A stretch of 64,000 nt of DNA from Trueperaceae bacterium (lineage in GTDB: Bacteria; Deinococcota; Deinococci; Deinococcales; Trueperaceae), in assembly GCA_965213705.1 (NCBI GenBank), contig OZ243913.1, positions 2,208,001 through 2,272,000 of the forward strand, in the 5' to 3' direction. Positions 1 to 10,112 of this stretch are shown here, one piece after another (position 1 is the first letter of the stretch; every line of letters starts with the position of its first letter). A model generated the notes under the pieces. The model did not search any database. It saw only the letters and a list, made by a program, of their open reading frames with translations, and was not told the origin of the DNA. The position numbers and the translations under genes are program-made.

Positions 1-39
1 TGTACCAAACTGAGTCATTCGACTGAAGGAGGCAAGGCG

Positions 40-1184
40 GTGGCAGGTCAAATCATCGAACGCGGCAAAGGTAAGCACGTCGTCAGGGTGTTTTTAGGGC
101 GCGACGCCGAGATGGGCAAGCGCAAGTACCTCAACAAAACGGTGGCGGGCACCAAGAAGGACGCGCAAAAAGTTTTGACCGCGCTGCTCCGCAACAAAGA
201 CCTCGGCATGTTGACCGAGGTCACCCGTCTGACCCTAAAGGACTATCTCGAGCACTGGTTGGAAGTGGCGGCCAAGCCGAGTCTGACCGAACACACGCAC
301 AAAGAATACAGCTCGCTGATGCGTCGCTACGTCTATCCGGACCTCGGGACGCGGCGGCTCACCGACCTCACGCCCACCGAGGTGCAGGCGCTCTACACCA
401 CCATGCTTAAACCGGGCGGCTTCAACGCCAAAGGCTTGTCACCCAGAACAGTCCGCTACACCCACGCCGTGCTTCATAAGGCGCTCGGGCAGGCGGTCAA
501 GTGGCGCATGACGGGCCAGAACGTGGCCCAACTCGTGGACTTGCCCAAACTTCGCAGGCAGGAAATGAAGGCGCTTTCGGAGGCGGAGGCCGGTCGGTTC
601 CTGCAGCGGCGAAGGCTGACCTGCGCCACGCCTTTTTCGCTCTCCTAGTGGGCACAGGTCTCAGGTCCGGCGAGGCCTTGGGGCTGAAGTGGGCTGACCT
701 CAACGTTGCCGACGGGTCGCTTCACATTCAGCGGGTGTGGGCGCGGGCACGGTCGGGCTACAAGTTTCAAGCCCCCAAAACCGCCAAAAGTCGCCAACGG
801 CTCAAACTGCCCGTCGGGCTCGTAACGGTTCCTCTCGAGCACCGCAGCCGTCAAGCACCCAACGATTTGGACTTGGTTTTTGCAAGCGAGGTGGGCACCC
901 CGCTCAACGAGCGAAACGTTTCCAACCGACATTTCAAACCGACGCTCGAGCGGGCGGGCTTGCCGCGTAGCTTGCGCCTCTACGACCTGCGCCACACCCA
1001 CGCTACCCTTTTGCTCATAGCCGGAACCCATCCCAAAATCGTGTCCGAGCGCTTGGGCCACGCCACCGTCACCCTGACCCTCGACACCTACAGCCACGTT
1101 CTCCCAGGTATGCAAACCGATTCCGCCCAAAAGCTCGACGAGATATTGTTCCAAGCCGAGCCCGAAGTGCGCGCTTACAACTAG
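40..1184 (+). pseudogene. Phage-type tyrosine integrase, frameshifted near 607
   Basis: N-terminal arm/core-binding part in ORF 40..648. Catalytic part (GLRSGE, YDLRH, LGH, DTYSH) is in the frame of 501..1184. ttc ctg cag cg gcg aag reads FLQAAKADLRH if one G is restored. RBS GAAGGAGG before 40. Confidence 0.85.
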
Positions 1185-1205
1185 GCTGGTCTTTAGGGTT
1201 TCCGC

Positions 1206-1601
1206 CTACGTGCGCCAGACATCGACGCCCAGCACGTCAAAGTCGGCGTCGAAGGTCCACACGGGCACCTTCAGGGTGTGCGACAGCACGGCAAGACAAG
1301 CGTCGAACAAACTGATGCGCTGGTCTGAAAAACGTTTGAGAAGGGCGCGGGCCCGTAGGTAGTCGTCAGTGGACGGGTTGATGAGGTCGCTGCCCCTGAG
1401 CAGGGCGTCCAAATACATGTGGCCGAACTGAGGCGTTTCGCGCCGCAACAGCAGGCTCTGCGTTTCGGTCAAGGTACTCGTGCTGACGACCAAGCGCATT
1501 TTCTGTCGTTTGAGGTCCGCTAGCTCGAGTTGGGCGCGCTCGTGCAGCGCGTCCCGCCGCATCGCGAGCGCGTATAGAGGTCCGGTATCGGCCAGGATCA
1601 C
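1206..1601 (-). CDS. PIN-domain (VapC-like) toxin
   Basis: MILADTG start, SLFDA and TFDADF acidic PIN motifs, 131 aa, overlaps upstream small ORF by 4 nt. Confidence 0.9.
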   Translation of the reverse strand: MILADTGPLYALAMRRDALHERAQLELADLKRQKMRLVVSTSTLTETQSLLLRRETPQFGHMYLDALLRGSDLINPSTDDYLRARALLKRFSDQRISLFDACLAVLSHTLKVPVWTFDADFDVLGVDVWRT

Positions 1602-1837
1602 AGGTAAGCGTCATGGTTTAAGCTGACGTCCGGTTCGACCTCGCTGTCGGAGACCGGCAGCTCGAGCGCCCCTTCTGCCGTCCGGTGACCCCGCTTAGAC
1701 CACTTTTGCCGGTCTAAGTAATCTGCCAAGGCGGTGTTGACTAGGGTGCTAAGGCTGGGCGGGACATTCTCCCGCTCGAGGTACTCGAGAACCTTGGTTT
1801 CGACCTCGTCCGTAAAGGTGACCGACGCGCGTTTCAT
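1598..1837 (-). CDS. Ribbon-helix-helix-like antitoxin
   Basis: MKRASVTF...SLSTLVNTALADYL and C-terminal SLNHDAYL. TAGACT -10 lies 7 nt before ATG 1837. Coupled to the PIN gene. Confidence 0.8.
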   Translation of the reverse strand: MKRASVTFTDEVETKVLEYLERENVPPSLSTLVNTALADYLDRQKWSKRGHRTAEGALELPVSDSEVEPDVSLNHDAYL

Positions 1838-1967
1838 ACCTACAAGTCTACACCACATGGTGCGTCTGGTGGAGATTTGGTGACCTTCCTGGCCGCCGGG
1901 CGCGTCTTAGTCGCGGTCCGTCTCGCAGCCCCGCCGTATGGCTCAACACCGTTTTGTAAGCTTTCGG

Positions 1968-2016
1968 TGGCACACAGGAGAACACCTTGGCTGATTTTGG
2001 CACACTATTGGCACAC
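1968..2016 (+). repeat. Three TGGCACAC direct repeats (putative integrase arm-type sites)
   Basis: Copies at 1968, 1998 and 2009, between the TA pair and the tRNA 3' end. Confidence 0.6.
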
Positions 2017-2024
2017 AAATAAAG

Positions 2025-2057
2025 AAAAAGTGGCCGGAATCGTTCCGGCCACTTTTT
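2025..2057. terminator. Intrinsic (bidirectional) terminator downstream of tRNA
   Basis: aaaaagtggccggaa-tcg-ttccggccacttttt. Confidence 0.85.
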
Positions 2058-2085
2058 ACTTTTGCCGTCTCTGACGGGTTTTCTT

Positions 2086-2162
2086 TGGTAGCGACGGAGA
2101 GACTTGAACTCTCGACCTCACGATTATGAGTCGTGCGCTCTAACCAGCTGAGCTACATCGCC
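2086..2162 (-). tRNA. tRNA with CAT anticodon (elongator Met or lysidine-modified Ile2)
   Basis: GGCGATGTAGCTCAGCTGGTTAGAGCGCACGACTCATAATCGTGAGGTCGAGAGTTCAAGTCTCTCCGTCGCTACCA, 77 nt, encoded CCA. Confidence 0.95.
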
Positions 2163-2365
2163 ACGCTGCGTAACAGCCTGCAAAGTATAGCACGCTCTTT
2201 GACGACAGGCGAGACCTACCGGCGCACATGCCCAAGCGAAGGGCGGGTCCGCCAAAGTTTCGCCGGTTCGGTTGCGCTGTCGGGCCGACGTGACATTTCT
2301 AACAACCCGCGTAGGCATGAAGAAAGTTGCAGTTTTTGTAAGAGCCCTCGACTATACTCAACCTC

Positions 2366-2863
2366 GTGTTAGAACCTTCCCTCGAGCTGTACGGTGAAAC
2401 CTTCGAGCAGGTCTGTGAGCTTTTGACCGAGCTGGTCAAAAACAGCTACGCCCGGTACGCCGTCATTATCGACCTAAAGGGGTTCGTTCTGGCTCACACC
2501 AAAGCTCTGTGGGCACCCAAACCGCCTTCGCTGGACTCGCTCGCGACCCTCATAGCCTCCAACTACTCGGCTAACCTGGCTATCGCCCACCTGTTCGGTG
2601 AGAACGGGTTCAAAGAGATGGTGCAACAAGGTGACGGGGTCGGCATGTACGTCGAGGAATTGGGTACCAAAGCCTTGCTAGTTACCGTGTTCGACGAGCG
2701 CGCGGTTTTAGGCCGGGTCAAGCTGTTTACAAAGAAGACGGTTTCCGCTATCGAACAAGCCCTGGCCGACAATACCGAACCGCCGCCCAAACTTGAGTTC
2801 GACGACACGTGGCAGGCTTCAAACCAAACGTTACTCGACGGCCTGTTCGGGGGTAAGTCATGA
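2366..2863 (+). CDS. mglB: Roadblock/LC7 GTPase-activating protein MglB
   Basis: [14 protein letters not shown]...LFGE..F motif; directly upstream of and overlapping mglA. Confidence 0.88.
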   Translation: MLEPSLELYGETFEQVCELLTELVKNSYARYAVIIDLKGFVLAHTKALWAPKPPSLDSLATLIASNYSANLAIAHLFGENGFKEMVQQGDGVGMYVEELGTKALLVTVFDERAVLGRVKLFTKKTVSAIEQALADNTEPPPKLEFDDTWQASNQTLLDGLFGGKS

Positions 2864-3450
2864 GCACCATCAACTTTTCGGCGCGTGAAATCAACTTCAA
2901 GGTCGTCTACTACGGTCCGGGCTTGTCGGGCAAAACGACCAACCTCAAGAAAATCTACGAGCAAGTGCCTGCGGGTGCCAAGGGCGAACTGGTCAGCTTG
3001 GCGACAGAGGACGAGCGCACCCTGTTTTTCGACTTTTTGCCGCTGGATCTAGGCCAAGTCAACGGTTTTAAGACGCGTTTTCACCTCTACACGGTGCCGG
3101 GTCAGGTGTTTTACAACTCGAGCCGCAAACTCATCTTGCGCGGGGTCGACGGGGTGGTCTTCGTCGCGGACTCCGCACCCAACCGCCTGCGCGCCAACGC
3201 CGAATCCTTGCGCAACCTGCGCGAAAACATGGCCGAGTACAACCTTCACTTGGGCGACATTCCCTACGTCGTCCAAATCAACAAACGCGACCTACCCGAC
3301 GCCGTCCCCGCCGAGATGATTCAAAAAATTCTCGACCCCAAAGGGCAAATTCAATTTTTCGAGGCCGTCGCCAACGACTTCAAAGGAGTTAGAGAGCCGC
3401 TTCAAGCCGTGTCGCAACTTGTGTTTGAAAAGCTGTCACAAAAGGCCTGA
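2860..3450 (+). CDS. mglA: Ras-like small GTPase MglA
   Basis: [43 protein letters not shown]. Confidence 0.95.
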   Translation: MSTINFSAREINFKVVYYGPGLSGKTTNLKKIYEQVPAGAKGELVSLATEDERTLFFDFLPLDLGQVNGFKTRFHLYTVPGQVFYNSSRKLILRGVDGVVFVADSAPNRLRANAESLRNLRENMAEYNLHLGDIPYVVQINKRDLPDAVPAEMIQKILDPKGQIQFFEAVANDFKGVREPLQAVSQLVFEKLSQKA

Positions 3451-3743
3451 CGACCACACCTCGGTTCTGCTGGACGTTCGCCACACCGGTTCGCCACACC
3501 ACAAAGCGTTTCAGGACGAGCACGAAAACCGAGTTTCCGACGACTGTCAAAGGTAGCCGAATTCCGCCCGATTTCTGAAGTGGCCCTGGAAGAAGCGTTG
3601 CTCAGGAAAAGCGTCGGTGGTTTGTGGCGTATGTCTCAAGCCTACTCGCTTTGGGCTGAAGTGCTCGAGAATTCTGGTATCACCGTAGCTTGACCCTGAA
3701 AACAGCCGGCCTAGAACGTGCGCCGACCGTTTATACTTCGGTC

Positions 3744-3932
3744 ATGCCAAACGCGTTTCGTCAGTTTTTACTTCTAGCCGGGCTCGTCGCGATTGGGCTC
3801 GCGTTTTGGAGTGTCGTCGGGGACATCCGCGCGAGCAGCGCGGGCGTGGTGCAACAAAACTACGTGCGGCCGCTGCTGCTGTCCATTTTGGGCGGCGCGC
3901 TGCTGAGCGCGAGTCGCTACAAGAACTCCTGA
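3744..3932 (+). CDS. Small two-helix membrane protein
   Basis: TATACT 6 nt before ATG 3744; two hydrophobic segments. Confidence 0.6.
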   Translation: MPNAFRQFLLLAGLVAIGLAFWSVVGDIRASSAGVVQQNYVRPLLLSILGGALLSASRYKNS

Positions 3933-4018
3933 CGGCTCATCCTTCTGGCGGATGAGCTTTTTGTTGGTCCGCAGCATACTTGAACTAGGCGTCGCACCAC
4001 GAAAGGAGGGACGCAGCT

Positions 4019-4630
4019 ATGGTTTGGACGCAGCTTTCGACCTTGCAGCAGGTGTTTTGGGTGTTGGCCGTACTGGGGAGTGTTTTCTTCGGGGTCTCGA
4101 GCTTGCTCTCGTTCGCGGGCGTCGGCGACGCGGACGCAGGTCTCGACGCAGGTTTGGATGCGGACGTCAGCACGGACTTGGACACAAGCTCAAACGGAGC
4201 GGGGCACGAGGCGCTGGAATACCTGAGCTTGCGCAACCTCCTCGCCTTTGCGCTCGGCTTCGGCTGGACGGGCGTGCTGTTCGCACCGGCGCTGGGCGCG
4301 TTGTCGCTCCTTGTGGCGGTTCCGGCGGGCTTGGCGTTCGGTTGGGCGAACATTCGGTTGACGCGCTCGCTGCACGGGTTGGAGAGTTCCGGCAACGCCA
4401 ACCCCTACGACGCCATCGGCCAGGACGCGCGCGTGAGCGTGCGTATCGACCCCCGCCGCAGCAGTTCCGGCAAGGTCGTGGTGCGCGTCCGCGACCGCGA
4501 GTTGGAACTGCTCGCCGTGACCGAGGACGCCTCGGCGCTAAACCGCGGCGAGCGCGTGCAGGTTTACGGTGTCGAGAACGGGCATTTGCTCGTCTCGAGG
4601 GACGACAAACTCGGCATTCGCGCGCTTTAG
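4019..4630 (+). CDS. NfeD/YuaF-like membrane protein (flotillin partner)
   Basis: Strong RBS, TM helices, acidic linker, LSLRNLLAF..GFGWTG, C-terminal OB-like domain; upstream of flotillin. Confidence 0.8.
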   Translation: MVWTQLSTLQQVFWVLAVLGSVFFGVSSLLSFAGVGDADAGLDAGLDADVSTDLDTSSNGAGHEALEYLSLRNLLAFALGFGWTGVLFAPALGALSLLVAVPAGLAFGWANIRLTRSLHGLESSGNANPYDAIGQDARVSVRIDPRRSSSGKVVVRVRDRELELLAVTEDASALNRGERVQVYGVENGHLLVSRDDKLGIRAL

Positions 4631-4767
4631 GTGCTGTCGCCTTGGGTGCTGCCGACATCGACCGTTTAAGAAACAGGCTTCACCTCTCGAGGAACGTGCA
4701 AGTGTCAGGATTTCGCAGACTTTCTACCGCAGACTTTCTACTTCCCGCTGGCGACACGGTAACTATT

Positions 4768-5844
4768 TAGGACTTACGCACACAACTGCATAGGAATAGC
4801 AGGATGTTTGAGCTGCTGTCTCATGTAGTTGTCGAGTTGTCCAAACTTAAGCTGATAAACAGTGGTGCCGAGTCGAGTAGCAAAGCGCTTAAGCTGCGCC
4901 CAGACCAAGAAAGAACAAGCGATGTGGTTTCTCAGGGCTCTGGACATGCGGCATTGACAACCTTCAAGACCCGTTACTTGTTTGGCTTCACGGTGAAACT
5001 GCTCAATCTTCCAGCGAACGCCGCAGTGATGTTTCACAACGTCCGAGTCGTCCTGAGTCATGTCATTGGTGACAATACAATCCGTGCGCTCGGTAGAGAC
5101 CGCTAGCCGGAACAGTTTCATACGGTGACCTTTGGGCATCTTTTTGAGGTGAATCGTCTTGCCTTCTCTCAGTTCTTCGTCGCTCCAGTCTAAGCTGTCA
5201 ACACGCTGATGTTTTCTCTCACCCTCGCTGTCATCAACGTGACGGTTCGTTTTGATGGGGCAGTAGTAGATTTTCTCTAACGACTCGATATATTTGATAA
5301 CTTGCATGGAGGCGTACCAGCTATCCATCAGCACCGTCTTGAAAGAGAGTCTCTTGCCGTGCAGAACGTTGTCGAGCATTTCCAGCATGTGCTTGATTTT
5401 GCTCTGCTCATCCCCCTCGGGGTCATACACCCGAAAGTCAATCACCCAGAACTGCTGCGTCTCAGGATTGACGTAGACGCACGTTACTACCCCGATGCCG
5501 TAGATGACCCGCTTTTCGTTCCCGCTCCACTGCCGCCTAACTAAGCGTGAATGGCGGCTATGGCGTTTGTCCAGCACCACATCGTCAAACAACACATAGC
5601 CCTGTTCGCTCAGCACCACATCCTCTCGCACGTTCTCCCACAGGGTTCTCGGTGTCAGCGTATCCAGCCGTAAAAAGCGATTCATGCTGTCGTGGCTATA
5701 ACGCTCGCTATGGTCTGCCAGGTACGTCTGTGTGTAGTTGATTTGGCTACTAATCAAAAACTGACAGTAGTCCAACCGGTGTTGCTGATAGTCCATAGCC
5801 CATGCCAGCAAGTCTTTTCATTTGAAGCGTGTGCGTAAGTCCTA
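4768..5844 (-). mobile_element. IS701-family insertion sequence, 1077 bp
   Basis: 16-bp perfect terminal IR TAGGACTTACGCACAC (4768-4783 / 5829-5844); 4-bp target duplication TATT (4764-4767, 5845-5848). Confidence 0.9.
4774..5796 (-). CDS. IS701-family DDE transposase
   Basis: VLFDDVVLDK, VLMDSWY, RWKIEQFHREAKQ motifs; stop codon lies within the IR. Confidence 0.9.
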   Translation of the reverse strand: MDYQQHRLDYCQFLISSQINYTQTYLADHSERYSHDSMNRFLRLDTLTPRTLWENVREDVVLSEQGYVLFDDVVLDKRHSRHSRLVRRQWSGNEKRVIYGIGVVTCVYVNPETQQFWVIDFRVYDPEGDEQSKIKHMLEMLDNVLHGKRLSFKTVLMDSWYASMQVIKYIESLEKIYYCPIKTNRHVDDSEGERKHQRVDSLDWSDEELREGKTIHLKKMPKGHRMKLFRLAVSTERTDCIVTNDMTQDDSDVVKHHCGVRWKIEQFHREAKQVTGLEGCQCRMSRALRNHIACSFLVWAQLKRFATRLGTTVYQLKFGQLDNYMRQQLKHPAIPMQLCA

Positions 5845-5906
5845 TATTAAGGCAAGCGTCCTGAAACCTCAACAGCGCCCAATTCTCTCAGCCCCAAGGA
5901 GGCAGC

Positions 5907-7319
5907 ATGACGATTCTCGGCAACAGCGCCATCATTCTCGGCATCCTCGTCGTCTTCGCGATTTTGGTTCTGGTCTACTGGCTCAACCGTTACCGGCGCT
6001 GCCCCAGCAACAAGGTGTTGGTGGTTTACGGGCGGGTCGGCAGCGGCAAAAGTGCCAAGGTCGTCCACGGCGGCGGCACCTTCGTGTGGCCTATCGTCCA
6101 GGACTTCGCCTACCTCGACCTGACGCCCATGACCATCGACATCAACCTCAAAAACGCGCTCTCCAAGCAGAACATCCGCGTGGACGTGCCGAGCCGCTTC
6201 ACGGTCGCCATCAGCACCGACCAGCAGAGCATGATCAACGCCGCCGAGCGTTTGCTGGGCCAGCAGCGTGAAGAAATCGAGGACTTGGCTAAAGACATCA
6301 TCTTCGGTCAACTGCGCGCGACGATTGCCACGATGGACATCGAGGAAATCAACGCCGACCGCGAGCGCTTCGAGAAAAACGTGATGGACAACATCGAGAC
6401 CGAACTGCGCAAGGTGGGTTTGGGCGTCATCAACGTGAACATTTCCGACATCAGCGACGAGGGCGGTTACATCGAGGCTTTGGGCAAAAAGGCGAGCGCG
6501 CAAGCCGTCAACCAGGCGAAAATCGACGCGGCCGAGGCCGAGAAAAAGGGCGAGAGCGGTCGCGCCCTGGCGCTGCAAGACCAGCGCGTCGCCGTAGCTC
6601 AGGCCGAAGCACAGGCGCAACTCGGCGAGAACAGCTCTCGAGCCCGAATCGCCGACTCCGAGGCGCAACTTCAGGTGGCCGAGGCCGAAGCGCGTAAGCT
6701 CGCCACCGTCGCCGAACGCACCCGCGCCGCCCAGGCCGAGATGGAAGCCTACCGCGCAGAGCAGGCGGCGCAGTTAGAGCGCGCCAAGGCCGAAGAAGCC
6801 AAACTTCAGGCCGAGCGCATCGTCCCGACCCGCATCGCCCAGCAAAAGGCCGTCATCGACGCCGAGGCGACCGCCGAGAGCGAAAAACGCCTCGGCGCGG
6901 GCGAGGCCGAACGGCTCCGCGCCGTGCTGAGCGGCCAGGCCGCCGGTCTGGCCGAAATCGTCAAGGCGGCGGGCGGCGACGCTGCAGCCGCCGTGCAACT
7001 CCTCTACGTCCAGCAACTCCCCGAACTGTTGCGCATCCAGACCGAAGCCCTCAAGCAGGTGCATTTCGGCGACATTACCCTTATCGGCGGCGCGCAGGAA
7101 GGGCAGAGCGGCATCGCAAACGTGCTCAAAGAACTCACGGTCGGCATGGCCGGGGCGGGCGCCATCGGTGACCAACTCGGCATCCCGTTTTTGCAAAAAT
7201 TGAACGGCGAGACCGGCAAAGCGGCGCACAAGGCGGTGCTCGAGCCCAAACCGCCTCGGGTGTCGGCCGGCCACCCGCCAGCGGATATTCCGCGAGAAAT
7301 CGTCGAGGTGGGGGACTAG
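5907..7319 (+). CDS. Flotillin/SPFH (band 7) family protein
   Basis: N-terminal TM, GGGTFVWP, SPFH domain, AEA-rich coiled coil. Confidence 0.93.
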   Translation: MTILGNSAIILGILVVFAILVLVYWLNRYRRCPSNKVLVVYGRVGSGKSAKVVHGGGTFVWPIVQDFAYLDLTPMTIDINLKNALSKQNIRVDVPSRFTVAISTDQQSMINAAERLLGQQREEIEDLAKDIIFGQLRATIATMDIEEINADRERFEKNVMDNIETELRKVGLGVINVNISDISDEGGYIEALGKKASAQAVNQAKIDAAEAEKKGESGRALALQDQRVAVAQAEAQAQLGENSSRARIADSEAQLQVAEAEARKLATVAERTRAAQAEMEAYRAEQAAQLERAKAEEAKLQAERIVPTRIAQQKAVIDAEATAESEKRLGAGEAERLRAVLSGQAAGLAEIVKAAGGDAAAAVQLLYVQQLPELLRIQTEALKQVHFGDITLIGGAQEGQSGIANVLKELTVGMAGAGAIGDQLGIPFLQKLNGETGKAAHKAVLEPKPPRVSAGHPPADIPREIVEVGD

Positions 7320-7371
7320 GCCGTTGTAGACCGGTAGCGAAAAACTGACCAGACACTGCCCGGACAACAAA

Positions 7372-7399
7372 AGCCCCCTCGAGCCGGCTCGAGGGGGCT
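7372..7399. terminator. Palindromic hairpin between convergent genes
   Basis: agccccctcgagcc|ggctcgagggggct, perfect 28-bp palindrome preceded by an A-tract. Confidence 0.75.
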
Positions 7400-7415
7400 A
7401 CACTCGCCTTAACTG

Positions 7416-7922
7416 CTATCCCTGGGTGTTTGCGCAGCTTTCCAAAATGGGCACAGGGTCGGACAAGAGCCTGTAGTTGTAGGTGCCGAACTGTAAGAAA
7501 AGTCGAGTTTTACCCGCTAGCGTGGGATTAACGACGATCGCCTGCGGCGCGGCGTTGGCCCGAATTTCGTAGTTGACGGTTACACGGTTGGTTGCAGCGT
7601 TGTAGTCGACAAAAGCACTGTTGAGGTCGAGCGAGATACGGCCCGCTATCCTGTCCGTCTCGACGCCTTTGAGGTAAGATTCCCAGCTTTGCAAGTTGCC
7701 GTTGAAAGTGAACGAGTAGGTAAAGTTGGTCGTGCGGTCGTTGCAGATGACGTCTTGAAGTTCACCGTCCACTGTGGCTTCAAAGTCCGTTCCGTAGGTG
7801 GCGTTGGAAATAGTCAGGCCGGGCGGTAAACCGACTTCGCCTTCGAAGTTACCACTGAAGGTACAAGAAGCGAGCAGCGTAGTTATCAAGACAACAAGCG
7901 ACAATGCTAAACGTTTTTTCAT
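7416..7922 (-). CDS. Hypothetical lipoprotein
   Basis: MKKR plus hydrophobic stretch plus LLASC lipobox; RBS GAGGAGGGG. Confidence 0.8.
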   Translation of the reverse strand: MKKRLALSLVVLITTLLASCTFSGNFEGEVGLPPGLTISNATYGTDFEATVDGELQDVICNDRTTNFTYSFTFNGNLQSWESYLKGVETDRIAGRISLDLNSAFVDYNAATNRVTVNYEIRANAAPQAIVVNPTLAGKTRLFLQFGTYNYRLLSDPVPILESCANTQG

Positions 7923-8056
7923 TTCCCCTCCTCATGGGTTATCAGGCCCAGTGTATGAGACTGGGGTGAACGCAGCCTAGCAGGTTCATGAAGGCGTCTT
8001 TAAGGCTTATTTCACTTTATACAGGTGAGACAGGCGCTTTAGGTACACTGGCCCGC

Positions 8057-8548
8057 ATGGACGATTATATAAAGAGGCTTCTCAACCTTTTGGGCCGGCG
8101 CGACCCTATCACCGTTTTGGAAACCACCCCGCAACGCCTGGAAGGTTACCTGCTCGGCTTTTTCGACCCTGACTTCGAGCGCTCCTACGCGCCCGGAAAG
8201 TGGACGGCGCGCGAGATTTTGGCCCATTTTGCAGATGTCGAACTCGCTTTAGGTTTTCGCTTGCGGCAGGCGGTGGCTGAAGAAAACTACCGGCCGCAGC
8301 CCTTCGACCAAGACCTGTGGGCGCGGCGCTATGTAAAGCTCGAGCCCTCGCTCGCCGTCGAGACCTTTCGCGCCCTGCGCGCTTGGAACCTGGCGCTGCT
8401 CGTCACCTTTGACCTGCAAGACTGGAACGCGCACGTCGACTATCCTTTTAAAGGTATCGCCACCGTCGACGACATGGTGCGTTTTCTGGCCGGGCACGAC
8501 CTGAATCATTTGGGGCAGCTCGAGACCATCGCTCAGGAGAAACTGTAA
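8057..8548 (+). CDS. DinB/YfiT-like metal-dependent protein
   Basis: GKWTAREILAH, PFDQD.WA, GHDLNH; TACACT 7 nt before ATG. Confidence 0.85.
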   Translation: MDDYIKRLLNLLGRRDPITVLETTPQRLEGYLLGFFDPDFERSYAPGKWTAREILAHFADVELALGFRLRQAVAEENYRPQPFDQDLWARRYVKLEPSLAVETFRALRAWNLALLVTFDLQDWNAHVDYPFKGIATVDDMVRFLAGHDLNHLGQLETIAQEKL

Positions 8549-8549
8549 G

Positions 8550-8610
8550 AAGTACCGAGGACCAATTGGAAAGTACCGAGCAAAACACTTTCGACTCGGT
8601 ACCGGGTGCT
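8550..8610. repeat. AAGTACCGAG-family heptamer-phased intergenic repeat
   Basis: aagtaccgaggaccaattggaaagtaccgag...ctcggtacc; related to copies at 48632 and 50887. Confidence 0.6.
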
Positions 8611-8683
8611 GTCTATTTGCTTTACAAAAGATGTCAATACATAAACGTTTCCCGACACCGCTCCTGTGGTATTGTCGTCCCTT

Positions 8684-9097
8684 ATGGCAACCGAACGTAC
8701 TTTTGCAATGGTCAAACCCGACGGCGTCAAGCGCGGTCTGGTCGGTGAAGTGGTTTCGCGGCTCGAGCGCAAGGGTTTCAAAATCCGGGAACTCAAGATG
8801 ATGCAAATCCCGCGTGAAACCGCCGAGCGCCACTACGGCGAGCACCAGGGGAAGCCCTTTTTCGACAGCTTGGTGAGCTTCATCACCAGCGGCCCGGTCG
8901 TGGCGATGATCGTCGAGGGCGAAAACGCGATTTCAGAATGGCGCAAGATGATGGGCGCGACCAACCCCGCCGACGCCGCGCCGGGCACGATTCGCGGCGA
9001 CTTCGCCAGCACCATCGACGAAAACGTCGCCCACGGCTCGGACGCTGCTGACACGGCTGAGCGTGAAATCGGCATCTTTTTCAGCGAGGCTAGCTGA
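8684..9097 (+). CDS. ndk: Nucleoside diphosphate kinase
   Basis: [27 protein letters not shown]. Confidence 0.97.
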   Translation: MATERTFAMVKPDGVKRGLVGEVVSRLERKGFKIRELKMMQIPRETAERHYGEHQGKPFFDSLVSFITSGPVVAMIVEGENAISEWRKMMGATNPADAAPGTIRGDFASTIDENVAHGSDAADTAEREIGIFFSEAS

Positions 9098-9209
9098 AGG
9101 CGGTCTCGAGCGCCGTCACCGGTAAGCCCATAAGGTACAGCTGAATGGTTCTGCGAAGACAGTTGCTACGTTGGACGTGTGCCTGGTCTCACTTTGGAGG
9201 GCCTTCACG

Positions 9210-9410
9210 GTGACGACAAACGGTACGTCTAGGTCGACTATCCGGCCCGGCTTGCGCGTCGCCGTGGTGCAAAAGCAAAACCAGCGTAGCGGCCAGCTTA
9301 CTGAAGGCATAGTGCAGACCATCCTTACTAAAAGCGCCACGCACCCGCACGGGATTAAGGTAAGGCTCGAGACGGGCGAGGTGGGGCGGGTTAAGGAGAT
9401 TTTGGGGTAA
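9210..9410 (+). CDS. YwbE (DUF2196) family protein
   Basis: LTKSATHPHGIKVRLETGEVGRVKEI signature; RBS GGAGG before GTG 9210. Confidence 0.85.
   Translation: MTTNGTSRSTIRPGLRVAVVQKQNQRSGQLTEGIVQTILTKSATHPHGIKVRLETGEVGRVKEILG
9363..9410 (+). repeat. 48-bp direct repeat copy 1 (3' end of ywbE)
   Basis: 45/48 identical to 10544-10591. Confidence 0.9.
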
Positions 9411-10104
9411 AACTTGTGTGCGCAAATACTTTGAATTCAGGAAAATGCTTTAACTCAGCATAAATTTCATCGGGTGGCTCTTTGTGCTCGAGGGCTTTCT
9501 CGAGCAGGATTGCTAGTTTGTTCTCGTTCACTTCCCGCAACTGCTTCGCCAATTCTGGACGAGAAATCGGAAAAACACCATGTTTGACCAAACGCGCTCT
9601 TGCCAGGTGAGTCAGGAGCGTTAGTAATTGCTCACGGCTTGCATTGGTGTCTCTGACAGCTAAGAGCATTCCAAGTAACTCGTCGGTCTTCTTGGCCCTT
9701 TCGAGTGCGATTTCGGCTGACGGTAGCGGCACAGCCGAAGATAAAATCTGAACGAGGTTGCTCCAGGTGTTGTTTTTATCCAGCAGGGGTTGACCTAACT
9801 TTATCGTCCATCCGAGCAAGTCGTTACCTTCTTGAACAAGAGTGACAACGTCACACACTTTAAACGTTCGTAAGTCTACATCCGTCGGGGGCGTTTCAAA
9901 AGCGTTTGCCGCTCGCTCTTGTAGGACGACCAAATCTAAATCTGCACTGGCTACACCTTCACGTACCGAAGACCCGATAGCAACGACGCTGCTTATGTTC
10001 GGGTCGGCCTCTGCCGCGACCATGAATTCTCGAAGCCAAGTTTTTGCTTCTTTACTGGGCCAGCGAAGAATGGGCTCGAGCGTAAATTTTGAACTTGAAA
10101 CCAT
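9391..10104 (-). CDS. Minimal nucleotidyltransferase-domain protein with helical C-terminal extension
   Basis: VVAIGSSVREG...ADLDLVVL Pol-beta-like motif. Confidence 0.75.
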   Translation of the reverse strand: MVSSSKFTLEPILRWPSKEAKTWLREFMVAAEADPNISSVVAIGSSVREGVASADLDLVVLQERAANAFETPPTDVDLRTFKVCDVVTLVQEGNDLLGWTIKLGQPLLDKNNTWSNLVQILSSAVPLPSAEIALERAKKTDELLGMLLAVRDTNASREQLLTLLTHLARARLVKHGVFPISRPELAKQLREVNENKLAILLEKALEHKEPPDEIYAELKHFPEFKVFAHTSFTPKSP

Positions 10105-10112
10105 AGGAGAGT

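Larger units (their letters stand above)
1..2090. mobile_element. Right flank of an integrative element/genomic island at the 3' end of tRNA(CAT); left boundary outside window
   Basis: Tyrosine integrase, TA pair and arm-like repeats lie immediately beyond the tRNA 3' end (2086). Confidence 0.65.

Noticed and set aside
2366..3450. mglBA as a novel GTPase system
   Set aside because: Well-described pair in Myxococcus and Thermus; ordinary arrangement
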